In this document: piece by piece, positions 52,868 to 61,795 of the stretch
Position numbering within the stretch: position 1 is the stretch's first letter
Layout: every line of letters begins with the position of its first letter
NCBI GenBank assembly: GCA_963793425.1
Contig: CAWCAG010000007.1
Span: 384,001-448,000 of the forward strand
Length of the DNA: 64,000 nucleotides
Reading direction: 5' to 3'
DNA from: an uncultured cyanobacterium
GTDB lineage: Bacteria; Cyanobacteriota; Cyanobacteriia; Cyanobacteriales; CAWCAG01
The notes under the pieces: generated by a model
Told to the model about the DNA's origin: nothing
What the model saw: the letters and a program-made list of their open reading frames with translations, nothing else
The model's database searches: none
Program-made: the position numbers and the translations under genes

Positions 52868-53024
52868 TTTTTTCACCCAAAACTAAGCAAATTTATTCAT
52901 ATCTCAAGTAGAGTATTTGTAAATATCTATTTTAGCTGTTTCAGTCCTGGGAACGATTGTAAAGCGACTGTTTATTCGTTAGAAAATATAATTGTTAAAG
53001 CAAGTTTACGAGTTACAAAAAATA

Positions 53025-53369
53025 ATGAATAATTTCTTCTCTAAAATAGCTAATTTGCGTCCAATGCGTTTTTTAATAGCTGCTGTTTTCTGCACATTAC
53101 TATTTGTTGGTAATGCTTTACCTGCTGCCGCTGCGACTAGTAGCACTGATAAAGGCATAACCCCCTTACAAGGTATTGAGCAAAAATCTAAAGATATTCT
53201 TAAAGAAGGGCCTCGTGATCTAGAAGAAACCACCTCAGAAGCACAGAAAGGCCTTAATGCAGTACAAGGAGGCGCTGATTATAGTAAGCTTAATCGTCCT
53301 GAAAATACCAAGTCTACTTCAGTAGAAGAGCAAATCAAAGAAGGATTGAGAGACTTGACTTCTAAATAG
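53025..53369 (+). CDS. Small secreted/lumenal cyanobacterial protein (low-temperature-induced-like)
   Basis: Signal peptide ending PAAA; KGLNAVQGGAD...LNRPEN. Confidence 0.7.
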   Translation: MNNFFSKIANLRPMRFLIAAVFCTLLFVGNALPAAAATSSTDKGITPLQGIEQKSKDILKEGPRDLEETTSEAQKGLNAVQGGADYSKLNRPENTKSTSVEEQIKEGLRDLTSK

Positions 53370-53450
53370 GTTTTACTGTTTAAGTTGCCAATAAAGTGAG
53401 CAAAGTTAATTGCTTTCCTTTAATTAGATTTCTTAAAGGTAATAATTAAT

Positions 53451-53499
53451 GAGCGACCGAAGCGGTAATATGAATTAGCGCTTCGGCGCTTCTTTTTTT
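53451..53499 (+). terminator. Rho-independent terminator
   Basis: GAGCGaCCGAAGCG...CGCTTCGGCGCTT followed by a T-run. Confidence 0.75.
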
Positions 53500-53534
53500 G
53501 AGATTGGCTAGGGATAATTTAATTAAAAATTGAT

Positions 53535-54857
53535 GTGAAAAAAAAATCAAGTAAGCTAGACAAGCTAAAGCTTTACCCTGGGACGATTATGCTAATTACA
53601 ATTAGTATTTTCTCTTTCTCAGCCAAGACTGTTTTAACCCAAGAAGCTATTATAGCCCCCTCCCCCCAAAAAGAAGAGGAAACTAGTTCTTCAGAGCAAG
53701 GACTTTATTTTGCTGATATTGTAGTTAGGGGAAGACCAATCTTTCAAATAGGTAGTCTTGCTGAAGTTAGTGCCGCTGAAAGGGCAGAAATTATTAACAG
53801 ACGTATTGCTAGCGTTTTAGCTCAAAGCGATACAGTAGAGCAAGTTGCTATCAACCCAGATAATCCTCGCAAAATCGCCACTTTGCGGCTTAAAAATCGG
53901 GTCTTAATGACCATAACGGAGCAAGATGCCCAAGATTTTGGTTTAGAGGTGGAAGAATTAGCCCAAAAGTGGGCTGACAGCCTTGACGAAGCTATTGATA
54001 AACAACCTTTAGCCATAGATGTAGGGCAACGTCTTTATGGGACAGTGCAACAATTAGCACGGGATGCTATTGCCAACCTTCCTGCTTTGCTTGGTGCATT
54101 CATTGTTCTAATTATCACTTGGATATTTGCTAAACTGGTACGCTATCTGGCTTTTACCTGGGCGCAAAAAACAGAAGGCGATCGCAGTACAGAAATACTT
54201 ATTGGTCGTCTTGGTTATGGTGGTGTTTGGGTTTTAGGAGCGGTGGTAGCATTGGGAGTCTTAGGTTTAGATTTTGGTGCTTTATTAGGGGCGTTGGGGT
54301 TAACTAGCGTTGCTATTGGTTTTAGTCTCAAAGATGTTTTAAGCAACTATATTTCTGGGGTTATTTTACTAGCTGCTCGTCCTTTTGCTATCAATGACCA
54401 AGTGGTAATTGAAGATTATGAAGGTACGATTACCCAAATTCAACTCCGGGCTACTACCATGAAAACCTATGACGGGCGGTTAGTTTATATTCCTAACCAA
54501 GAAGTTTTTCAAGCTAGTATTATTAACAACACCGCTTCTCCTCGCCGTCGTAGTTCAGTTATGGTAGGCATTGATTATGGGGAAAATATTGCCCAGGCAA
54601 AAGAAGTGATTGGTCGAGTTTTAGAAAGAATGGTTGAAGTGGAAACTTCTCCTGCCCCGGATGTTTTGGTACAAGAATTAGCAGCAAGTACCGTAAACTT
54701 AGAAGTCCGTTTTTGGGTGGATTCCCGTCGTTCAGGATTTTTGGCTACGACATCAGAGGTAGCCCAAGCTATTAAAGAGGCTTTAGAAAAAGCAGATATT
54801 GATATGCCCACAGATATTTATACTTTGCTGTTTCGAGATATTCCTAACTTTGCCTGA
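53535..54857 (+). CDS. Small-conductance mechanosensitive channel (MscS family) with a periplasmic N-domain
   Basis: ALGLTSVAIGFSLKDVLSNYISG, RPFAINDQV, DGRLVYIPN and VGIDY. Confidence 0.93.
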   Translation: MKKKSSKLDKLKLYPGTIMLITISIFSFSAKTVLTQEAIIAPSPQKEEETSSSEQGLYFADIVVRGRPIFQIGSLAEVSAAERAEIINRRIASVLAQSDTVEQVAINPDNPRKIATLRLKNRVLMTITEQDAQDFGLEVEELAQKWADSLDEAIDKQPLAIDVGQRLYGTVQQLARDAIANLPALLGAFIVLIITWIFAKLVRYLAFTWAQKTEGDRSTEILIGRLGYGGVWVLGAVVALGVLGLDFGALLGALGLTSVAIGFSLKDVLSNYISGVILLAARPFAINDQVVIEDYEGTITQIQLRATTMKTYDGRLVYIPNQEVFQASIINNTASPRRRSSVMVGIDYGENIAQAKEVIGRVLERMVEVETSPAPDVLVQELAASTVNLEVRFWVDSRRSGFLATTSEVAQAIKEALEKADIDMPTDIYTLLFRDIPNFA

Positions 54858-55231
54858 AGGAGTGGGGCAGATTAAGGAAGTTAAGGAAGAATAATTATTT
54901 TTATTAATTGAGTTGCTTTATGAAGATATTGTTTTCAGGATTCAAATTAACTATGTTCGAGAGGATAATAAATTTTGCAGTAGCTTAGATGACTGTTCAG
55001 GTTACAGGATTTTTTAAACACGGCATGGAAAGCTTAGTGAGGGTATAAAGCTGGTCAGTTTTTCTTTTTGATTCCTTTCCCACAAGTGATATTTCCATTT
55101 TTACTTTACATCATATGAATGACATATTCCCTTTTTCATGCAATAATTCAGCTAGTATTTTACTGCTTCTTTCAGTAAAGTTAACTTAGGGTAATTTTCC
55201 TAAATGATGTTCCTCCGTATTTTGATGAGAA

Positions 55232-55714
55232 ATGGTGATTTTGCGCCGGGTATTTACTTCTGTAGCCAGTTTCCTGAGTATTTTGGCAATTAAACCTGAA
55301 GTTTTAGCCCAAACTGTTAATATTCCTTTTAGCGCCAATGTAGCCAATCAGGTTACCTTAGACATTGTCGAACCTGGAGTTGCAAGCCCTTCGGCAGTTG
55401 TGACCTCAGATGGATTGCAAACCTCTTTCCAATCCACAAACCCTGCAAGGATTTCAATTCAGGCTAACGAGGGTGCAAGCATTATCATTTCTGAACCATT
55501 CTTAACTTCTGGCCCTAATCCAGACCCTCCGGGGACGGAAAGGATTGGTGTGCTTCGGTTTGATAATGTGGAAGTAAGAAGCAACGTAGGTGCAGGTGTT
55601 GCACCTCTTCCTTCAGGAGAAACAGAGTTAGAAGTTGAACTTTATGTAGAAAGACCAGAACCCTTTCCAGCAGGAACTTATAACTACGTAGTTAATTTAA
55701 CTATCACACCTTAA
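55232..55714 (+). CDS. Putative fimbrial subunit 1 (secreted, Ig-like, Cys-free)
   Basis: Signal peptide ending VLA-Q; N-terminal alternating strand TVNIPFSANV; C-terminal FPAGTYNYVVNLTITP. Confidence 0.7.
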   Translation: MVILRRVFTSVASFLSILAIKPEVLAQTVNIPFSANVANQVTLDIVEPGVASPSAVVTSDGLQTSFQSTNPARISIQANEGASIIISEPFLTSGPNPDPPGTERIGVLRFDNVEVRSNVGAGVAPLPSGETELEVELYVERPEPFPAGTYNYVVNLTITP

Positions 55715-55774
55715 ATTGTTAATTAGAGCTGGAAAACGTTTGTAAACTAATTTTACCATCAGGAGATTTGAATA

Positions 55775-56251
55775 ATGATTCGTAATTCTTTACTTGCTGC
55801 AACCTTATCAATAGCTGGCACTACGGCCCTTGTTACTCAAGCAACGGCTCAAAGTATTGATGTTCCTTTCACTGGAGTAGTACAAGGAAGGTGTAGCTTC
55901 AATAATTTAATACCTGGAGTTATGGTATCTGATTTTCCAGGCCCCGGTAGCAATAAATTAGATACTCGCGCCCCTGGTGGTAGTTCCGGTGCAGTTACTG
56001 TTGTTTGTAACCAACCAGCAGACCTAATAGTGGGATCTCCTATACAAACCGCAGGACCAGGTACTGCAGGTTTTGTTGAGGTAGATGTTCAATCTTCTAA
56101 TGGTGGTGGTTCATCCCCTGGACTTGGAGGTCAGTCTCTATTTTTACCACCTGGTCAAAGTCAACTCTCTGTGGATATGCGCGTTGATAGTCCCGCCCCA
56201 CTTCCTGCTGGCAATTATGGATACAATGTTTCTTTAACTGTAGTGCCATAA
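55775..56251 (+). CDS. Putative fimbrial subunit 2 (Csu/spore-coat-U-like)
   Basis: AGGAG RBS; signal peptide ending ATA-Q; SIDVPFTGVV..C; second Cys in VTVVCN; C-terminal LPAGNYGYNVSLTVVP. Confidence 0.75.
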   Translation: MIRNSLLAATLSIAGTTALVTQATAQSIDVPFTGVVQGRCSFNNLIPGVMVSDFPGPGSNKLDTRAPGGSSGAVTVVCNQPADLIVGSPIQTAGPGTAGFVEVDVQSSNGGGSSPGLGGQSLFLPPGQSQLSVDMRVDSPAPLPAGNYGYNVSLTVVP

Positions 56252-56383
56252 CGTTAGTGTTGCTGGAAAGTAATGATTTATGCAGAGTGATACAATTAGC
56301 AAATATTTTCTTACTGTCGTCAAAAATTAGAGATTTCATTACAAATCAGCAACGCACATATTTTCAACCAGGATATTTTAATA

Positions 56384-56842
56384 ATGATTCACAACTCTCT
56401 AATTGCTGCAACCTTAGCGTTGGCAGGTACTACAACTATTACTGCCCAAGCAATGGCTCAAAGTATTGATGTTCCTTTCACTGGAGTCGTACGAGGAACT
56501 TGCAGTTTCAATAATTTAGTACCTGGGGTCATGGTATCTTCAGGTTCTAATATTTTAGATACCAAAGCCCCTGGGGGTAGCTCTGGTGCAGTCACCGTCA
56601 TTTGCAATCAACCAGCAGACTTACTAGTTAGTGATGCTGTACAAACAGCAGGGCCATCCTTTGTTGCTGGCAAGATTATGGCAGAAGCAGCCTCTTCTAA
56701 TGGTGGTACTACTAACGGAAGCCAATCTCTTTTCTTGCAACCTGGCCAAAGCCAAGTTTCTGTAGATATTTGGATTGATAGCCCTGCCCCGCTTCCCTCT
56801 GGCAATTATGGGTACAATGTTTCTTTAACTGTAGTGCCTTAG
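56384..56842 (+). CDS. Putative fimbrial subunit 3 (close paralogue of subunit 2)
   Basis: Signal peptide ending AMA-Q; SIDVPFTGVVRGTCSF; VTVICN; LPSGNYGYNVSLTVVP. Confidence 0.75.
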   Translation: MIHNSLIAATLALAGTTTITAQAMAQSIDVPFTGVVRGTCSFNNLVPGVMVSSGSNILDTKAPGGSSGAVTVICNQPADLLVSDAVQTAGPSFVAGKIMAEAASSNGGTTNGSQSLFLQPGQSQVSVDIWIDSPAPLPSGNYGYNVSLTVVP

Positions 56843-56852
56843 TATTTATTGA

Positions 56853-56878
56853 TAGGAGTGAGGAACTCCTTGCTCCTA
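56853..56878 (+). other. Intercistronic hairpin between the subunit genes and the chaperone
   Basis: TAGGAGTGAGG-aact-CCTTGCTCCTA forms an 11-bp stem with two G.U pairs on the + strand and has no U-tract. Confidence 0.55.
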
Positions 56879-57173
56879 CAAACTACAATCAAACTATATT
56901 TATATGAGTTTTAATAATTGGTGCAACGCCCTAGTTTTACCAGTGAGTAGCTGCTTGGTTGCCACTGTCTTACTGGGGAATTTGCCAGCAAAAGCGCAAG
57001 TTAGTCTTTCTCCTCTGATTATCGAACAAAGCGCAGAACGAGGTCAATCCCAGAGTGTAATTACTATTAATAATACCAGCGATCAACCCTTTCGGGCTAG
57101 GGTTTATGCTGAACCTTTTACCTACAGTCGGGATGATGGTTTCCAAGTTTTAGAAACTACCCCTAGTAGTCTG

Positions 57174-57877
57174 TCAATTATGAATATGTGGATAAAGACT
57201 CTTGAGGCGGATACGGGCATCTTCGGTGCTAAATTGCCAATCCACCGATTTTTGCAATCGATTGCGCTCCACACACCAAGCTTGAGTTTCACTCTTTAAT
57301 ATTTCGCGCTCTCCAATCCGTCTATCCAAGCATTGTCTAGTTAATGCAGATAACTCAATCTCGGCAATATTCAGCCAACTTCCATGCTTGGGTGTATGGT
57401 GAATCTCTAGCTTTTCTACTAAACGACGGGCTGTTGGTGCTTCAAAGGCTTTGTAGAGAGAAGCTTGGTTGTGAGTGTTTAACTGGTCGCACACAAGAGT
57501 TACTGTTTCACTTTCGGGGTAGTCTTCATCGAGCAAGCATTGTATTTGTTTTGCCCAATCTACCGCAGTTCTTTGCTCTGTAACTATAACTTTGCGCCAG
57601 CCTGAAAGAGGCTCTGTAAAGATGAAAATGTTGGCAGTTCCATTACGTTCATATTCGTAATCGAATGATTCTGGACATCCTGGTTGGGCTGGTAGCGCAG
57701 TTCGAGTTTCTTTGATAAGTTGCACCGGTTGTTCGTCCATACATATCATGGGATGTTTAGGGTCGTAGGGTCGGTGATAAACTTCCAGTACATCTTCCAT
57801 GTGGGCCACAAATTCAGCATTTGCTTTGGGTGGAATTACATATTGCCTACGCAGATGCGGCTTTAACTGGTTTTTTT
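57174..57877 (-). CDS. IS630 transposase, DDE (orfB) part
   Basis: ICMDE, LVCDQLNTH and TPKHGSWLNIAEIE; the frame opens at the A7 slippery run (57871-57877). Confidence 0.9.
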
Positions 57878-58306
57878 CAGCTCTTGTCTTACTGTTTCAT
57901 AGCTAATCTCTGGCACAATCTCTAGCTCTACTAGTTTGTCTGCCAGGAGTCTTAATGTCCAACGTGCTTGTCCCTTTGGTGGCTCTCCACACCTTAAGGC
58001 TATCAGCTTTGCCTGTGCTTCTCCGTCACATATTCTTGGTCGCGATGGACTTTTGGGTTTCTTTCTCTCCAATGCTCTTTCTATACCTTCTTCAACTAGT
58101 CTTTGTCGCAGATTCGCTACTGTGTTTCGGTGACAACCAAACGCTTTAGCTGCTTCGATGTCTGTCCATCCTTGTCCATTTATATCTATGTTTAGCAGTA
58201 TATTCGCGTGTTTGATTTTGTAGGCTGCTGCTTTTCCCTTCGATACTAATTCTTGGAGTTGTTGTCTTTCTTCTTGTTTTAATCTCACTATGTAACGTTT
58301 CTGCAT
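57863..58306 (-). CDS. IS630 transposase, HTH (orfA) part
   Basis: KRYIVRL...HANILL...RWTLRLLADKLVEL...ISYETVRQELKK. Confidence 0.9.
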   Translation of the reverse strand: MQKRYIVRLKQEERQQLQELVSKGKAAAYKIKHANILLNIDINGQGWTDIEAAKAFGCHRNTVANLRQRLVEEGIERALERKKPKSPSRPRICDGEAQAKLIALRCGEPPKGQARWTLRLLADKLVELEIVPEISYETVRQELKKTS

Positions 58307-58949
58307 TTTTCCTTTGAGCTTCCAGTAGACTTCCTTTTCTATTCTCTCATATTGTTCACAAAATTGATTATGACAGACTACTAGTGATTTAACTCCCTAC
58401 TTACAATTTTCTCCCCGTGAACTTAACGTGGAACCAGGGCAAGCCCGTAAAGTACGTATCATCACACGCTTTCCTCCCAGTTTACCTACCGGGGAATATC
58501 GGGCAGTAATTTTTACAGAAAACTTACGGGAAACAATAGATGATAGCGGCAACAACGTTACTATTGAAACCCGCATTGGTACAACTATTTATGTGAGGCA
58601 AGGTAATGTTTCTCCTCAGCTTGAAGCAGTTGCAGCTAGCTGGGACAAAGAACAACAGCAATTGCAAATCTTGATCAATAACTCTGGAGATGCTTCTGCC
58701 CGTACTGGTGTTAACTGGACTTTGCAGCAAGGGGAAAAGATGATTGCTGAAGGAATTTTACTTCCGGTGGGAATTGTGGCCACTAGTGAACGCAATTTAT
58801 CATTATCTAGTGAAACAGATAAGCAACTTCAACTAACTTCTGGTACATATCAGTTAACTGGTGACTTGCTTTGGGGGAATCAAGAAAATCCTGAGAGTAA
58901 GTCTTTTAGTTTAGATTTAATAGTACCCTAGTGGGGAAAATAGGGAGAT

Positions 58950-61580
58950 TTGAGCGAGAAACAAAAAATCAAACTGATTACTTATTGCTTATTGCTTATT
59001 ACTTCTTCAGTCTCTGTTTTGCGTGTAGCAAATGCTCAAACTTTGCCTAGTGATGATGTTACCCCAGTAGTGAATGGAGAACAACAGGAATTTGTAATTA
59101 TCCCTGTAGGCATTAATCTCGGTAAACGCAACGTGCTTCCTAGTGCCTTGATAAGGGGCTTAGAAGATGGTACTCAAGCTATTAATTTTGCGAATTGGTT
59201 AATTCCTTTTGATACCGTTGTCGAAAGTTTGCGCCTCGATATTACTTCTCTCGAAGATGGACAATTGGAAGTGCGATCGCCGGGTTTGGTTACTCGAATT
59301 AATCCTGATGAGTTGCAAACTGACCCTGAATTGGGTTTAGTTCTTTCTGTAGAAGAGATAATTACCCTTTTAAATGTACCAACTAAGTTTGATCTTAATG
59401 AGTATGCCATCGCCTTCAATCCTCCCTGGTTAAATGCAAGGGGTCAAGCTAAGTCTCCAGGGAAGTTGCCTGTGATTTTATCAGGATTACCACTGTTGGA
59501 GGCAGAAAGTTTTACTTTCACTAATTTAGGGCAGAGGGTTAATCTTACCAACAATGATGATGGTGGGATTAATTCTCAAGGAGAGTTGACTGCCTTGGGG
59601 ACTGTGGCGGGGAGTAGTTGGTTTGTGAAGCTTAACCAAAGTGATTTAAGGGATGGCCGGAGTTGGCGTATTGGTGAGGTACAACTTTTGCGGCAAACTC
59701 CCACAGCAGATTATGTGTTGGGTTCACAACCGACTTTTTGGCGTAGTCAGGAAGGAGGGGAATATTGGGGACTAACAACTATTCAACGTTGGGGGTTCAC
59801 GCCTGCGGTAGCTTTCAAGGGCGGAGGATTTAGCCCTAGCCAACGGTTGCAAGCAACTCAAGTAGGGCGTACTATTGTAGGAGAGGCGGAACCAGGAACT
59901 TTGGTACAGTTAACCACTGGGTTCGCAACTAGTGTGGTGGCAGAAGTGCTGGTAGATTCTTCTGGGGTTTATCGCTTTGAAGATATACCAGCTAAAAGGG
60001 CTACCTATCGGATCTTGCTTTTTGCCAATGGGCAGTTAACCGATGAACCAGAAATTCAGGAAGCAAATTTTTCTACCTTACCGACTCAATTACCCGCAGG
60101 GGCATCGGCTTTAACGGTTTCTGGGGGAGGAAGACGGGAATTTAGGGGAGAAAATGAGCTGTGGGGCAGTTTTACAGATTGGCGTGGTGGTGTTGCCTAT
60201 CGTCGCGGGATGACAGAAGATTTAACTTTGGGTTTAGGTTTAGTTTATGATCACCAATGGTTAGGGTTAGGGGAATTCTTTTATCAACCCCAGAAACTAC
60301 CTTTACAAGCAACAGTGTCGGCTTTAGTTGATGTCGAAGAAGGAGATGGCGACATTAATGCTAACTTGCGTTTCCAACCAAGTAGGAATTTCAGCTTAAA
60401 TCTCGATAGCGATCGCCTCTCCAATCGTTTCAACCTCAACTGGCAAATCTTTCCTGGTTTAACTTTAACTGGCAATGGCAATAGTCGTGATGCCACTTTA
60501 GCCGGAGGATTAAGAGTTGCCCATAGCAGTCGCTACTTTTCTCTTTTTGCCACCGCCAGTCTGGATATAGACAATAATTTGCGTTGGAGTTTGAACCAAA
60601 GACTGGGCAATTTGCGTTTAACGCACCAAGGTAATGAAATCACCAATATTTCCGAACTCACCTACGGGCTATCAGGGACTAATTCTTTACTTTCAGGACA
60701 TAGTTTGTTTATAGGTTATGATAGTCGCAACCTCAACCAGATTAACAACAACCTTCTCTCTCTTGGTTGGCGCTATCGTTCTACTTCTCTTACCGTAGAA
60801 GGGAGAAATCTTTGGGAATTTGACTTGGGCTATGGTTGGAGTAATGAAGGTAGGGGGATTATTGCTTCTGTGGGGGCGGCTTTACCAGGATTATCTTTAA
60901 GGTTGCGTTACCAAGAAGTTTCTGTTAGCGATAATTCCCCCAGTTTTCGTATTGAGTTGCTACCTAGTTTTAACCTCCAAAGAGGAGAAGTATTACCTGG
61001 AGAACAAGATTTTGAACGACTACGAAGTCAGGGAGGATTATGGATTCAACCTTTTTTTGATCGTAACAACAATGGTATTAGGGATGGGGGAGAGAAACTC
61101 TATTTAGAAGCACCGGAATTATTATTGATCCTTAATAATCAATCCCTTCAATTTTGGCGTAATGCTGTGTATGCCCACGGCATTTTTGTTTTTTTGCCCC
61201 CTGGTATCTATCGTCTTGATTTAGATGTAGCCGGGTTTCCTTTAGATTGGCAAGGGGCAGCCAAAGCTTATGCTACAGAGGTGATAAGTGGTAGTTATAC
61301 CCCGGTGTTAGTTCCTCTACATCTTGCCTATACTGTGACAGGAGTAGTGACGGATCTTGCTGGTAATACTGTGGGTGGTGCTAGGATTGAAGCTATTCCC
61401 CAAGCTGGGGGGCAAAGGATTTTTTCGATTACTAATGATGCAGGAGTTTTTTATTTAGAAGGTTTGCCACAAGGTAAGTATGATTTACTTATCAATGAAC
61501 AACCAGCCCAGCCTGGGTTTCTAGAGTTTGAGGAAAAATCAGAACCTTTTCAAGAGTTGAACTTGATTAATAGCAATTGA
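58950..61580 (+). CDS. Usher-like outer-membrane protein with C-terminal SdrD-B/carboxypeptidase-regulatory-like Ig domains
   Basis: Signal peptide ending ANA-Q; many amphipathic beta-strands; plug-like RTIVGEAEPGTLVQL...DSSGVYRFEDIP; YRRGMTEDLTLGLG; FFDRNNNGIRDGGE; TVTGVVTD...TNDAGVFYLEGLPQGKY. Confidence 0.75.
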   Translation: MSEKQKIKLITYCLLLITSSVSVLRVANAQTLPSDDVTPVVNGEQQEFVIIPVGINLGKRNVLPSALIRGLEDGTQAINFANWLIPFDTVVESLRLDITSLEDGQLEVRSPGLVTRINPDELQTDPELGLVLSVEEIITLLNVPTKFDLNEYAIAFNPPWLNARGQAKSPGKLPVILSGLPLLEAESFTFTNLGQRVNLTNNDDGGINSQGELTALGTVAGSSWFVKLNQSDLRDGRSWRIGEVQLLRQTPTADYVLGSQPTFWRSQEGGEYWGLTTIQRWGFTPAVAFKGGGFSPSQRLQATQVGRTIVGEAEPGTLVQLTTGFATSVVAEVLVDSSGVYRFEDIPAKRATYRILLFANGQLTDEPEIQEANFSTLPTQLPAGASALTVSGGGRREFRGENELWGSFTDWRGGVAYRRGMTEDLTLGLGLVYDHQWLGLGEFFYQPQKLPLQATVSALVDVEEGDGDINANLRFQPSRNFSLNLDSDRLSNRFNLNWQIFPGLTLTGNGNSRDATLAGGLRVAHSSRYFSLFATASLDIDNNLRWSLNQRLGNLRLTHQGNEITNISELTYGLSGTNSLLSGHSLFIGYDSRNLNQINNNLLSLGWRYRSTSLTVEGRNLWEFDLGYGWSNEGRGIIASVGAALPGLSLRLRYQEVSVSDNSPSFRIELLPSFNLQRGEVLPGEQDFERLRSQGGLWIQPFFDRNNNGIRDGGEKLYLEAPELLLILNNQSLQFWRNAVYAHGIFVFLPPGIYRLDLDVAGFPLDWQGAAKAYATEVISGSYTPVLVPLHLAYTVTGVVTDLAGNTVGGARIEAIPQAGGQRIFSITNDAGVFYLEGLPQGKYDLLINEQPAQPGFLEFEEKSEPFQELNLINSN

Positions 61581-61795
61581 GCAATGAGTTGAAAGTCTTG
61601 CCTTTCTCTTCCTTAAAGTGATATTATGTATATGGTAGAACAGGTGCGCTCTTAAAAGCCGTTCTCCAAAGTATTTTTGCTCTTCTTTCGGTAACTCCTC
61701 TTGTAGCGTCTCTATAAAGAGAAAGCTAAACTAATAATTGGTAAACTTTAGCCTACTGTAACTATCAGCCTGTTCCCCAAATCAAAGAAACATCA

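Larger units (their letters stand above)
57166..58381 (-). mobile_element. IS630-family insertion sequence, 1216 bp
   Basis: Imperfect ~30-bp TIRs GTAGTCTGTCA... / ...TGACAGACTAC; TA duplication (57164-65, 58382-83) within a CTAG target; two transposase ORFs. Confidence 0.93.
56904..58931 (+). pseudogene. PapD-like fimbrial chaperone interrupted by IS630
   Basis: Removing 57166-58383 restores a 269-aa ORF: signal peptide, QVSLSPLIIE, ITINNTSDQPFRARVY...TTPSDLTPYLQFSPRELNVEPGQARKVR, GEYRAVIF, RIGTTIYV and NNSGDASAR. Confidence 0.85.

Noticed and set aside
57166..57299. C-terminal part of the 131-aa ORF 56904-57299 as a real protein tail
   Set aside because: It is read-through into the IS630 end, antisense to the transposase; the true continuation is at 58384.
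4257..60496. Many short ORFs antisense to or overlapping long genes (e.g. 4257-4442, 12099-12380, 24540-25031, 32566-33036, 46620-46949, 60284-60496)
   Set aside because: They are shadow ORFs of well-supported genes and contain no recognisable motifs.
61581..61795. Cobalamin or SAM riboswitch upstream of metH
   Set aside because: I could not find the B12-box/GGGAA core or SAM-I consensus elements. An Rfam scan would be needed to exclude a divergent one.
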